Shown here: positions 40,722 to 53,775 of the stretch, piece after piece
How the letters are laid out: each line of letters opens with the position of its first letter
Numbering within the stretch: the stretch's first letter is position 1
Source: Octopus vulgaris
Lineage: Eukaryota
Length of the DNA: 64,000 nt
NCBI GenBank assembly: GCA_951406725.2
Contig: OX597822.1
Location: forward strand, 21,824,001 to 21,888,000
Direction of reading: 5' to 3'
The notes under the pieces: generated by a model
What the model was told of the DNA's origin: nothing
Seen by the model: only the letters and a program-made list of their open reading frames with translations
Databases searched by the model: none
Position numbers and translations under genes: made by a program

Positions 40722-41230
40722 CCCACAAGAAATAGAAGTGAAATCAAATATGTTCTGAAATGGCAGAGTGAAAGAATTATATTGTTTAATAGAAGTCATC
40801 TGACAAAAATATAAATAACAACCACAATGACAACAACAATAACAATACTTAAGATATAAAAATTTGTTCTTTTTTTTCTACATGATGAATTTTAGGAATT
40901 AAAAAAAAAAAATTGAAATTGAAATTATTTCTAACAGCTTCTTTGTTTGCATTTTTCCTCTCATTTTCTTTTTCATACTTCAAATATCCGTAAATATTTT
41001 ATATCCAGAATTTCCATTTCTGTTTTATTTTATTTTATTTTATTTTATTTTATTTTATTTTATTGTTGAGAAACATAATGAAAGAAAAAATATTATGCAT
41101 TTTTATATATTTTATATTCATATTCAACTGTGAGAAAAATGTTCAAATCTTTAACATTTTCTGTCATATATCCCGAATTGAAAATAATATTGATTCTGTT
41201 TGCCATCATTTCCATATTTATTTTTGCTTT

Positions 41231-41244
41231 TATTATTATTATTG

Positions 41245-41308
<64 letters not shown>
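41231..41308. repeat. (ATT)n microsatellite; similar tracts at 32567-32627, 40664-40720, 55125-55268 and 60048-60195
   Basis: Seen directly; source of the poly-I/L/Y/N ORFs. Confidence 0.95.
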
Positions 41309-41309
<1 letters not shown>

Positions 41310-42239
41310 TTGCATTTTGAGTGGTGTATATGTTCTGTTATTGTTGATGTCATTTTTATGGAACATTTGTTTGTTTTATATCTTTCTCTGCATCTACTTC
41401 AAAGCTATTTAGAATACTGTATTACACATTTTCAGCTTATGTTATTAAGAATCAAATATAGAAATTATTTTTAAGCTTTCAAACATAAGAAAAACATTTG
41501 AGAAAAACATTTAAGCTCAGTTTTTCTCTAAATCACTCATTGTACTGCATTTTGTGTTGTTATCTTTTTTTTCTAAATATTGTCTTTGGGATTTTTTACT
41601 CTGATTAAATTTGTGTAAAGCAAATTCAATATGAAAAAAAGGATATACGTATGTAATATTTATTTACACATATGTATGGAATCTATTTAAAATAGTTCAA
41701 AAATATTATGTATAAGAGAAGGAGACATTGATTTTATGTAAGAATCAGGGATTTGGTGTTAAAGTATAATATCTGTTGTTAATAAATAGTTTTTATTGTA
41801 GTGGTTATTATGAAGAAGAAAAAATAATAGAATTAAAATATATGCATTGAAAGCAAAATAAATAAATAAATACAGTAGAAACTCGCTTGTCTACATATAT
41901 CAACTAGAACTGGTTAATTGATGTTGCAAACAGAGGTATGGTTAGTGGGAAATTTTGTATGTTTTATGTTTCTGAATATAAGCAAAGTGTAGTATTCATT
42001 GGAAGAAGAGTATATAGATAGGATCCAATACTTTTTCATTCATACATCACAGTGCTGTATCCTCTCCCCACTTGGACAAATTCATTTTACTTATTGATTT
42101 TTACTGATGGTAAAAAGGAAAGGTCAGTCTCCACAACATAGTTCTGAAGTTGAATCCTGCCAATGTTAACTCCATGTATTCTTCGCTGTTCTTTCTAGCT
42201 GTCTGCCTGTCTCTGTTTTTGTCTGTCTGTCTGTCTGTC

Positions 42240-42287
<48 letters not shown>

Positions 42288-44239
42288 CCCCCATCAGCAA
42301 ACAGCACTTGTAGATGAAGTGTACTGCTAGAAATTTTAAATCTTTTGCTCTTTTACATGACAAATCAATTTATTCAACTTCTAAACTGTTTATAACTCCA
42401 TTTAGCCCACACACTTCCAATAGTGGACAAAATAACTACTCAGATATTTTTTAAAGTGCTCTATTAGTTATAGAACTACATTAACTCTCCATATGTTTAC
42501 TTCAGTCTGGCAGAGCTCCAACATGGGCATGGCCCTAATATCTAAGACAAGCAAGAGAACTAACAGCATTACTTTAAAGTTTTATCTGACTCTTCAACAT
42601 GTTCTGGGTGGTTCTAAGATTTTCTACTATCTTAGGAGGGTCATTATGCTAATAATAAACACACACACACTGGTTCAATTTCACTTCTTTATTATCGCCA
42701 AGTAGTTAGTTGTTTAATCAACTAAATAATCGTCTGATTAATCATTTGGTTAATCAATCATTCAGATGTGTTTGCCAAAGTCCTTTCATTGCCATCCATG
42801 GTCTCTTCAATGACATACCCTCTCTACTCCAGGTCAGCTTCAAATCTGAGGTCATGTCATTAAGAGGTTGTGAGTGGCAATGACATGACTTTGGCAGACA
42901 CAACTAATTGCTTAATTAACTAAATCAAACACTCAATTGGTTACTTTGTTAAATAACTAGCCAACTGGAGAATAATAAAGACAGGAAATAGATACAATAA
43001 ACTTCTGAAATACAACAAATTCTGTTTCCACATAAGTTTGCATCAAGAATCTTATGAAACAAATACAAAAATATAAAAGTTCTAAGACTAATTTTCCTAA
43101 GAACCTAATAAGAACGGGCATGGCTGTGCAATTAAGAAATTCCCTTCCCAATAATTTGATTTCTAGTTCATTTCCACTATGAGGACAGTGCTACTATAGC
43201 TCCTAGTTGACTAAAGCCTCATGAGTGAATTTGGTAGATAAAGACTGAAAGTCCATTTTGTATATGTATATATATGTGTGTGTGCACATGTATGTGTTCA
43301 TGTTTTTCTTTATACTGGAACTCTATGAAAGATGAGCTATGAATGTTGTTGTCATTACTTCAAATCATCTAAAATGCTTTACATCTTTGAAGATGTGTGA
43401 AATAAGAGATGTTTTACTTGAAAAGCAGGCAATGTTCTAAAAATATGCCTGTCTAACCCAAGCATGGAAAAACGAAGGTCAAAATCAAATAAACAAACTA
43501 ATCTAATTTCTGCAAAGTCACTTGATAAATTTTTTCAGCTTCATATAATTTGGTGATGTGAAATTTGTGTGTACTTTTAAGTGAATTGTGAAGTAGAGCA
43601 AAACGATACTTGTTAATGTTGAAGAATAACACTTATGTGCAGTCACTATTTTCTCTCTTTGGGTTGGTTAGCATGCAGTTGAAATAGTAACAGAGGAGGT
43701 GCAATGATTTGTGGTAGACATAATGGAGGAAGTATTGGAAATATTCTTTCTGATGTTTATGGCATTGGCAGTAACTAATGACAGAATATTTTGGTATCTG
43801 TAGAGCTTTCAGAGATGATTGTTATGAATGAATTAACAAAATATATGTATGAAAAAATATATGTGTGTATGCATGAGTGTTTGATGGAATAAAGGAAATA
43901 ATTTTGCTATTAATTTTCAGGAAAACAAAAATCAAATATAGAAGTTGCGATAATAACATGCAGATAATAATACTATTTGCAGATTGGTGCTAATGGAGAT
44001 TGGGAGTAATAATTGTTCAGATTGGTAGTGGAAGATAAAAAATGGGAAATATAAATAACAACATAAGAATATTTTATTTCAAAAAAGTAACATTTATAAA
44101 TGGTCGCATCAATCTTACCAACATTCACCATATGAATGTTACATTTTTCTCTTTATACAACTTATAAATCAAAAGGCCTTGCTTTTAAGAATGACTGTTT
44201 TCCTCCCTCACTCCTAAAATGTCTTGCAGTATTTAATTA

Positions 44240-44649
44240 TCTGTCTTTGTGAATGAACAACCATGCTATATGGCAGTGAGACAATGGCTGTGGCTGCAGA
44301 GATTGTGCAATGGCTTGAAAGAAATGGAGCCAATGTTTCTGCTGGATGTGCAATGTCAGTATGCATGTGTGACAGTGTGTAAGTGTCTTAAGAGAAAATT
44401 GGGTAAAAGCAGCATCAGGCGTAGTGTGCAAGAAAGAAGACTGAGCTAATATGGTTATGTGATGCACATGGATGAGGACACTTGTGTAAAGAAGTGCTGA
44501 TCTATAATTGGGAAGGGAAGCTGTGGAAGCAGTAGACTCAGAAATATGTGGGATGAGACGATGAAATATGATCTTTGGTTGTTGAGTCTCATAAAGGAGA
44601 TAACAGGTGACTGAAACTTCAAGCAAGTTGCTGTGCTTAAGAAGAAGCA
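44240..44649 (+). mobile_element. RTE-like LINE 3' remnant, interrupted by a MITE
   Basis: MLYGSET-AVAAEIVQWLERNGAN ... WMCNVS ... LRENW/EKLG ... VQERRLS*YGYVMHMDED, matching the RTE pattern LYGSETW...RLRWYGHVxRM. Confidence 0.7.
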
Positions 44650-44653
44650 TTAA

Positions 44654-44874
44654 CCCTTTCGTTACTGTATTTATTTTGAGATGCTCTGTGTTTCTTTCAA
44701 TTATTTTAAATATAACAAAGAATTTAGTAAAATAACTTCATTATCATTCAGCTAGTGTTAGGAACATGAATTGTGACTAAGGTGGAAGATTTTTAATTCA
44801 AAACTTATGAAAACAAGACATTTGTACTCAGAGTCAGAGCCAGTTTCAGCTGGGCTGGGCTGGTAATGAAAGGG
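44654..44874. mobile_element. piggyBac-type MITE with TTAA TSD
   Basis: TTAA (44650-44653) ccctttcgttac ... gtaatgaaaggg TTAA (44875-44878); 12-bp TIR with one mismatch. Confidence 0.85.
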
Positions 44875-44894
44875 TTAAGCTAAGCAAATCATGG

Positions 44895-45117
44895 TCATTG
44901 CCAGTGCTGATGACATGTAAAAGGCACCCATGCCAGTGACACATAAAAGGCACTTATGCTGGTGACAATGTAAAAAATACCCAGTACACTCTGTAAAGTG
45001 GTTGGCATTAGGAAGGGCGTCTAGACAGATGCCAGGAGCTTGGTGCAGCTCTGTGGCTCACCATTCAAACTGTCTAATCCATGCCAGTATGGAAAATGGG
45101 TGTTAAATGATGATGAT
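44895..45117 (+). mobile_element. 3' part of the (GAT)n-tailed repeat, same family as 7671-8030
   Basis: acactctgtaaagtggttggcattaggaagggc ... catgccagtatggaaaatgggtgttaaatgatgatga. Related pieces lie at ~53240-53460, 57290-57556 and 61915-62100. Confidence 0.7.
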
Positions 45118-46084
45118 CTTTGGTTTATGTGTTCAAATGTTACCATGGTCAGCTTTACATTACATTAAAGGGTTTGATCAAAGCTGGTTTGATCACCTGT
45201 CTCTTTCACTAAAGTATGTGATTTGATGATGGAGTTTGAAATAATAATGAATAATACTTAATTTTTTGTTAACAACATTATCATTAATTTGGAGTTAATT
45301 ACTCACAACAATTTTGTACTTGTTAAAAAGCATAAATGCTGTGATTATATGTTAGGCTTTATACCTTTGTTAACAAATCTGGATGTCATTATTATCTAGT
45401 CTGAGTATTATTGTTAATTAAACTGAATACATGTCTTAGCAGATCTGCTCATCACTCTCAACCAATCATTCATTCTTAGTAAACCTTGTTGTACTCTTAA
45501 ATGATAGTTGTTTAACTGGCAGCAATTTTATCACAGCTGGTAAAAATCTTTATATATATATATTCTTTGGTTAAAACTGAGATGAGGTTGGAAAGATGTA
45601 TATTGTTAAATCTCCTTAGCTTCATTGAGTGGGTACAGGTATGGCTATGTGGTTAAACATTTTATTTACCACTACATGGCTCCAGTTTACTCCTAATATA
45701 CTGTACATGAGGCAGGAGTCTTCAAATGTTGCCATGAGTTGACTAATAATATCTTATGTGTAGAAGTTCACATGAAGAAACTTTGAGGAAGGCTCTATTA
45801 TGTAGTATATCCACAATATATATTTGTATATATTACATACATTCACCAGTGTATATCAGCAAAGGTTATATAAAATGTAGAGTTATGTAAAGTTAAAAGG
45901 TTATATAAAATCCAAAAGACCAGAAATCCTCCTTTCAACCGCATCCCATCAAGATATTTATGCTGTACTCGGATACAGACACTTCCCTGTCTCTTTCATC
46001 TTCATAAATGCAATAAAGCCATGATGGTTCCATTGAAAATGACCTACAGCAATGCTACTTAGCAACATTGCAATATGAAATAGA

Positions 46085-46473
46085 TCTCTCTCTATATAAA
46101 GCTGAAGTTGTCTGTGTATGGCAGGTTTGGTAGCCTTCAACTAACACTATCTCCTCCGAGACCCTGCAGTGCAAGTTGACCAAAATTGAGAGTATGATAG
46201 AAGACTTGCTCTTTCTTCCGTAGAAGAAAAAATTCAAATCGAACCATGTTAACACCAAAAATTATTTGCATCAAAAAGGTGCTTTTTTTCTATGAAAATC
46301 CCTATTTTTTACGATTTTTTGACTGCTGTGTCACCCTTTCTCGGTGTATTTCAACCAGAAAAATGTTCACTTAAAGAGAATAACAAGCTGCATAATGCAA
46401 AATTTTTACTTTTCAAAAATTCCAATTCTAAAGGGTCGAAACAAACCTGAGCAACGCCGGGCAATACTGCTAG
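46085..46473 (+). mobile_element. Non-autonomous Helitron
   Basis: Starts A|TC (tctctctctatataaagctg). Ends with a GC-rich imperfect hairpin cctgagcaacgccggg shortly before CTAG|T. Inserted at an A-T junction with no TSD. Confidence 0.8.
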
Positions 46474-46984
46474 TAAAATATTATATTAGGCATTTGATAC
46501 ATGAAAACTTCAGTTAGAAAGTCTATGAATACGAAATATTAAATCACAAATTGCTAATAAATAGAGCTAAATTTTTTTATATATATTAATTATTTGGAGA
46601 AATGATTTGTACAGACTTTATATGTTTTTAATCTGCTGTGTAGAAGCTACATATTTACTTTGAGATTTCAAGAATGGAAATTTAATGATAATCCCATTAG
46701 TCTTAAATACATTTGATCAATCTAAAGCACATTTTCCATGATTTATTCCTTGATAATGTGAAGGCCTCTGTATGGTCGCTCAACCTCCTAGAAGTTGTAA
46801 CTAAATTTTTTTTTAAACTGTTAGATCAGCAGTTTTAGAAAAAAGACACAAAGTCCTGGATGAAAAATAACTGTAAAAAAATATATTGGAATGATCATAG
46901 ACGGGATACTTTTGAACATATATCTGTTTAACCATGGTTAACATGTGGCTAAACAGAAAACAGACATAGAAACATTCAAGTAAA

Positions 46985-47020
<36 letters not shown>

Positions 47021-47039
47021 CACTATTAAACTAATAGTA

Positions 47040-47510
47040 AATTTAGAAGCAAGCCAATAAGTGCAACAGCTAAGCTACTGGGAAATGTTGAAAGTGATAA
47101 AACTCAATTTCTTGGGAAGAAGACAGCAAAGATAATGGGAATCTATATGTTGGAGTTTCTTGAAGGACTCAAGTTTCTTGAAGGACTCATGCCAAACACC
47201 AGTATTGAAACCTAACAAATCCTCAAACTAGTCACCACTGCATAATCCTGAATGTCCCACCTTCTCATTGAAATTCAGGATCCCTGTAACAGCCTAGGGT
47301 TCAAAGGCCCTCAGTTTTGCATTATCTTACCTGAAAAATTGAAAAACCTGCATGGAGTGAATGTATACACATCGAAAAAGCACCTGGTTATTTTACTATT
47401 TGTAATTCCAGATGAAGCAACATTACTCCAGGAGATACAACTGAAGGTAGCAGTAACAGACTCTCCCAACCACCAAAACTCTAAGAAACAGTATAAATTG
47501 CATAGGTAGT
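47040..47510 (+). mobile_element. CR1/L2-group LINE ORF2 C-terminal remnant
   Basis: NSLGFKGPQFCIILPEKLKNLHGVNVYTSKKHLVILLFVIPDE resembles the LINE ORF2 end pattern GPxLFNxLPxxLRN...FKxxLDxxLxxIPDEP. Confidence 0.65.
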
Positions 47511-48266
47511 GCTTCAATATGGTCACAGTCCAATAAAAGAATACATGTACACACACATATGCATGAGCTCATGTGTGTGTGTGTTTTGTACTTGCTTTCA
47601 TTTCTGTCGGTAGATTTGTCATAACTTTGTGTTAAGAACCTCATCAGTATGCATCCGTGTTCTTGTCTGTTGATGCATAAAATATCTGTCTCTTAGAAAT
47701 TAATAATAACATTGAAGTTCCATATGTAAACAATGTATATTTTATTAATTTGTTATAAATTCTCTCTAATGAATTTGAGAAAAAAATATTGTTTGTACAT
47801 CATTTATTAATTTTCCTTCAAACAAACTAACAGTAATAATAAATAAACAAAATATATTTTGCTCCACTCTTAATAATGGTGTATGTGTGTATAATTAAGA
47901 AGCTTTTGCAAGGTGTGGAAGTCATGTTCAGGGTTGCTGTCAGTGAGCAAGTATCACAAATTATTTACAATATATTCATTGAGCTTGCAGTACATGTCAA
48001 TCAGGTTTCAGTTCTCAGTCACATTCTTCTTTATTTTAGTTCCCTTGTCCATAACAGAGTAGTTAAAGATCAGCTGATTATGAGAATATTTTTATTCAGG
48101 TGTTGATCTAGTTCTTGTAACTAAATCTGTTTAAAGAATTAGTGAAATAATTTCAAATGTGGAAGCAATGCCTAGAATCAAAAGATCACAAATTAAACTT
48201 AGCAAAGACCAACTTAGTTTACAAGAAAAAAGAAGGAATGCTACAATCATCTAGAAATTTGTTATG

Positions 48267-48610
48267 CATCATCATTTATTGTTTAACGTCTGCTTTCCAT
48301 GCTAGCATGGGTTGGATGAGTGACTGAGATGGCTGCACCAGGCTTCAATCTTGATCTGGCAGAGTTTCTACAGCTGGATGCCCTTCCTAATGCCAACCAC
48401 TCTGAGAGTGTAGTGGGTGCTTTTACGTGCCACCGGTATGGGGCCAGTCAGGTGGTACTGGCAATGACCTCGCTCAAATCTTCTACACATGCCGCCGGCA
48501 CAGGTGCCAGTAGGCGATGCTGGTAATGATCACACTCGAATGGTGTCTTTTACATGTCACCGGCATGGAGGCCAGATAGTCGCTCTGGCAACGATCACAC
48601 TCGGATGCAT
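48267..48610 (-). mobile_element. SINE-like repeat with (GAT)n tail and internal repeats
   Basis: Near-identical to 7671-8030. Confidence 0.8.
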
Positions 48611-49250
48611 ATTCTGTAGAAAAAGAATAGACAGAAATTCTATACTCTGTGTCCAGTGGATGCAAAAGGACTTGCAAAAGGGAGGCTGACAGACTTGAAG
48701 AGTTTCACAAATAGCATATCTGCAGCAGTAATTAGCTTATCACTCATGAAATAAATTCTTAGACATGCTCGGAATGCTTTCTAGCAATTGTCAATAGCTT
48801 CTGTTATTTAGGTATTCTAATTAGCAGTGGAAGAATGTGTTCTGAATGTTTAGTACCCAGAGCAAGAATGGAGAAGACAAAGCTAAGGGAGCTATGTCTT
48901 TGATGACAACAAAAGGATTGATTTTCTGAGAGAATAATAGATTAGATTGTATAATGCTCATGTTTTAATTGTGAAGATGTATGATAGGAAAATATGCATC
49001 TTGAATGAACTGGGTGAGCAAAGGTTGAACAGAATGGAGTTGAACATGCTCTGGTGAGAGAAAGTTTGAAAATAAGAGGTATTAGATGTAGTTTGTAGAA
49101 AAGGCAACTGAACTGGTATGGACAAATGGGAAAGACTGTTTGGTAAACAACTGAAGGGAACCTTCAGAAGGAGAAGACCAAAAGAGTAATTAAAAGTACT
49201 AAAGAAAAGTTATTAACAGAAGATTTTTGGAGGTTGAACCTGAATAAAGT
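48605..49250 (+). mobile_element. Decayed RTE-like LINE remnant
   Basis: CIFCRKRIDRNSILCVQW and VNSFCYLGILISSG fragments, in the same order as in 380-1130. Confidence 0.55.
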
Positions 49251-50664
49251 CATCCCTAGCTCATGCCTCACTGCAATGGTTTGTGGCTCAGTCAAGGATA
49301 TCTGTATAGGAGGATAAAATGAAGACTCATCTCATAAAAATGGTCACTAAGTTTCTAATTATAGCTAGGTTGGTTGGAATTTGCATTAATATAAATTTAG
49401 TTCTCTCTAAATCTACCGCTGGCATAACCATTTACATAACTTGCAACTGTGAGGCCATTCCAGAATTGTGTATGCTTCTTGACAGTGTTCTAGATAAATG
49501 TTGAAATGAAGTGCACAACCTCAATCTAACAGCTTGCACATTTCTTCAGACCTTGAGACAGGAAAACGTTGCCTTTAAAATAGTCCAGTGAGGAGACAAC
49601 CATATCAAACATATTAAACATGTAAGCAATCAGTGGGTTTAACAAGATATTTATGTACATAGTGGATCCTCCAACACAACTTCTGAAGTAAGCTAGGAAG
49701 AAGAAAATAACTTGGTTTAAACTGTTTAATCTCGATATCTACAAATATAGCAGGGAGCATTTCTCAAAAATTCATAAATAAATGCCGCAAGCTTGTTTAT
49801 GTTCACAGTTAGTTTGTTCTGTCAAAATAACATTTCTTTCAATATTGCTTGCCAAAATGCAAACTGCAGCTTCTATTCCCATGTCACACTTCCAAATGTT
49901 TAAACCAATCCATCGTTCCTCAGCAAGCATTCTAATATTTTAAGACAGTGGTTCATAGGATAACCTTCACTCCATCTGATGGTGTCCAGAGACATTAAAT
50001 CAGACACACAACCAATGACTTCAAAGGAAGTTTCATTTACCATATGTACTCTTAGGTTCAGAGATTAGGAAAACTCTACCACTTTGTCCCATTTGAAATT
50101 ACAGACATCAGGATCAGGGACTTGAGCTTCACAGTATTAAATGGAGAAAGCTCAACTTATGTCTTTGTTGCACATATTGGATCCCTTAATAAGAAGACTC
50201 TACTCTCATAGAACTGCCATCAACAGTGCCTCCTATTAGTTGATTTTAAACCATTATATGAGAGAAATTTTCTCACACTAGTGCTGAAAATCTACTTGCA
50301 TCAGTGTTATTCCACATTCGGCTGCTGCTACAACTTCTAATGGTCATTTAGTAGTCACCTAAAAAGCCACCATTAGATTAGCTAAGCAGACTATGTGATG
50401 TAAACTTTAACCTTACGAATTATCCAATTACAATCAGTACTCTTTAAATTCCAAGCTTCCTTGACAATTAGATCAACAGTATCTGTGAAATTTCGAGAAA
50501 TGCAAAATTAAGTCACAAATTGTTAAACACACAGACACACGAATTAACCTATATAAGACTTTAACTACTCCTAACATAAAGTTCTACTGACCACTAATAT
50601 ATTTTTTGTAACATAGAAAGAATATATATATATTTATGTGTATGAGTGTGTGTGTTATTTATAC

Positions 50665-50797
50665 TTGATAGAAGTTACAGAGTAACTGAAGGGGTGAGAA
50701 TTTCGTGTTAGCACTTACAAAACTTTGTGAATCAAAGTTTGATAAGTGCTAATGTATGAAACTCCCAGCCCTTGAGTCACTCTGTTACCTCTATCAA
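50665..50797. repeat. Imperfect 133-bp fold-back (~63-bp arms, 5-nt loop)
   Basis: ttgatagaagttacagagtaactgaaggggtgagaatttcgtgttagcacttacaaaactttg-tgaat-caaagtttgataagtgctaatgtatgaaactcccagcccttgagtcactctgttacctctatcaa. Confidence 0.9.
50733..50784 (+). ncRNA. Candidate type I hammerhead ribozyme with U3-A8 core variant
   Basis: Stem I caaagt/actctg (5 of 6 pairs); core UUGAUAA; stem II GUGC-uaau-GUAU; GAAA; stem III CUC/GAG with a 9-nt loop; GUC cleavage triplet ending at 50778. Confidence 0.65.
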
Positions 50798-53566
50798 ACA
50801 TTAACAAATATATATATATTCATACTCATGTTTTGAATTCTATTTTTCCTGCTTGCATTCCCAAACATTTATGTGTATATGAATATATTCATATATGTAT
50901 GTATTTGTGTGTGTGAATGTGTAGTATGTGTTTGCACACATACTACACAGAGAATTGTTAACATTATGTGTGCTTAAACCAAACAATTGTTTGTACATGT
51001 TCTTATATACATTTCTGAGTGAAACTAAACATTTTCCCTGTTAAATATGTAGATGTATGTACGAACATATGCAAACACCCTGACACAAAACAACATTGGC
51101 AAGAAACAAACCTTGTTGGGTTCCAGGTAACTTTGTTTCATTTCTAATCAATATTCATAAGATACATGCATCCACAATGCTCCCAATCCACATCATATGT
51201 AGATAAATCCACAAGGCATGTATAACACATTAACTCTGCATGATGTTTTATCCTCATTTACAATGCCCATTAATAAGACACAAGAAAAATTATTTAAGCC
51301 TCTAATGTATAGTGTTAAACATTTTTTCATTCTGTGTATTCTGTGAATATGCATATGAAAATTTTTTTGCCATTAGAGATTTATCAATATTGGTAAGCTT
51401 TTCACGTAATGATATTTGGACAATGTCATCTTAACATGGATATTACAAGACACCCAGATTCACCACACTTTAATGGTTTTGGTAAATATTAGGCAGAACA
51501 ACTAGAGAATAAATAAACAAGTATATATTATAGAATGTTTTTCTTAAGTATAATAAATAATAAACATTTAAAAAGATATAAAAATAATATACAGTATGCT
51601 TCAAATTATTTCTGCTGCTGTTTTAGATATATTTTCATAATGTTTTTCATTGGGTATGAAAATATCTGATATTTGGTTAAATTTCTAAATGCTGCAGATA
51701 TATAGGTTATAATTTTCCAGACTATTTGCATCATCCATAAGGTATATATTGGCAATGAAATCATTATCATATTAAATCTGCTTCCTGTGTTAGAATTGGT
51801 CTGACATTTTAACAAGATCCATTCTTCAGTGTCTCAGTTTTGACATGGTTTAGTTTCAATGGCTGGAAGTCTTTCCTAATGCCAACCATTTGAAGTGTAC
51901 TGGGTACATTTTTTTGTGGTACCAACACTGTAGAGGTTGTCTTACCATAAGCAAAACTGAAAACAACCTTATTTTTCTCTACCTGATTCACTGACCATTT
52001 TATGAAGTGTTCAGGGTGCTTTATTCAGGGTACTACCACTAGTGAGGTCATCTTGTGAATTACTAGAGTAGAAAAGGATAGGAGAGAGAGTGAGAGAGAG
52101 AGAGAGAGAGAGAGATGGTTTCAGGTGAAGTGTTGAGAGAGAGTAAATTATGGTGAGCTGAATAATTTTTTTATAGTTAGAGGGTGGTAATGGAGAGAGT
52201 TCAGGAAGGGATTATGGAATGGGAAAAAGGGAGGAAGGAATTGATGAGAAAGGGTGAGGGCCAGAGTATTACATGTGGTGGTTAGGTTGGGCAGGTAGGA
52301 ATCCAGTGCTATATTATAAAGGTGAATATGGATGGAAAGGAGAAAGAAATGAGGGTGTTGAAGATCTAGAGAGGCTATGTGGGGATGGTCAGGGAAGGAA
52401 TGAAAAGTATGAGGATTGTGATGTCAACTAGAATGAGTTTATGTTGAGGGAGCTGAGAAACCAGCCTGGGGGAGGCAGCTGTGAGGCAAGGAGAGAGAAA
52501 TGGGTGGATGCAGGGGAAAAATAAAAGTAGGCAAGTATCACAAAGATGAGGATAAAGTAAAGCAAAGGATAATACAGTAAAATCATCCCAAGTAGAGAGT
52601 TTGAGAAGTCTGTAAGAGAAAAAAAGGTTGGGATGGAGCAACGGATGACTATAGTAAGAACATCCCCACCACCAACACTAATTTTTTAGCCTTCTCTCTA
52701 CCGTGCTGGCTGAAAGGAACTGAGTTCCTGAAGCGCTGCATGTTGCCAATTGTCATGGTTCTTTGTCATCGTTTATTTTTTTTGTGAGATTCAGTAGCTT
52801 GAAATCAGTTTTCTTCACTTCATCCCATATGTTTTGAAGCCTTTATCATTCTCCACATATATCATCCAATTTGAGCTCTCATCACAATCTCTCAGGGTGT
52901 TAGATAACAGCCCAATTATGTAACCCTGTGCTCCTCAAAGAAGGCAGTTATGGAAGAAAATATGGTGACTGCTCTCTGCTGTTGGATGTGAAAAGACACA
53001 TCTAGTTTTTGGTTGCTATGAAAAAGATGGCAGACAGACCAAGCATGGGTTAAGTTAAGAGTTGTGTTCCTTGGTACCAAAAATGGCCTCTGGGGGTGTT
53101 GCAAGGCAACGAGTTTTCTGGAAAAGTGAAAATGGTGAATGTGTGTATGTTTTAAGATTGGTGTTTATGGAGGGCTGGAATGTGTGCAGTGGTATTATAT
53201 GTGTAGTGTTTTGTGGGGAGGGGATTAATGCTATACAATACACCAAGTCCACTCTGAAAATGGTTGCTATTAGAAAAAGCATCCAACTCAGAGAAAAAGC
53301 CAAGAGATAAGGAAATGTACCAGTGGGATGTGATCCTCCAGTCCATAATGGAGAGCAGTAAGTCTGAATAAAAAGCTGACTCAGACTTGAATAACTTGTC
53401 TAAGCCAAGCCAAGTCAAGCCTACATGATAAGCAGACATCAAATGATGATAATGATGATAGTTGTTGTACTGATGAAGCTCTACAAGTGAAATGAATAAT
53501 CTAGAAAAATATTATTCCTTTGACTTATCAATGGTCATTGCAAATAATATTTTATAATATTTAAAA

Positions 53567-53775
53567 TGGCAAGCTGGCAGAATCATTAGCACACTGAGCA
53601 AAATTCTTAGAGGCACTTGTCTGTCTTTATGTTCTGATTCAAATTCCACCAAGGCTGACTTTGCCTTTCATCCTTTCTGGGTCAGTATAATAAGTAACAG
53701 TTGAGCACTGGGTTTAATGTAATCAATTTATCCTCTCACCTGAAATTGCTGGCCTTGTGCTAAAGTTTGAAATCA
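53567..53775 (+). mobile_element. Solitary family B SINE
   Basis: Typical motif string; aatattttataatatt occurs on both sides (53547-53562 and ~53776-53791) as a possible TSD. Confidence 0.8.

Noticed and set aside
45930-46045. Possible minus-strand exon next to the Helitron
   Set aside because: Weak polypyrimidine tract, stops in all frames, and no donor or recognisable homology.
53470-53505. ctgatgaagctctacaagtgaaa hammerhead-like string
   Set aside because: Stem II has only 3 weak pairs, and stems I and III are not convincingly formed.
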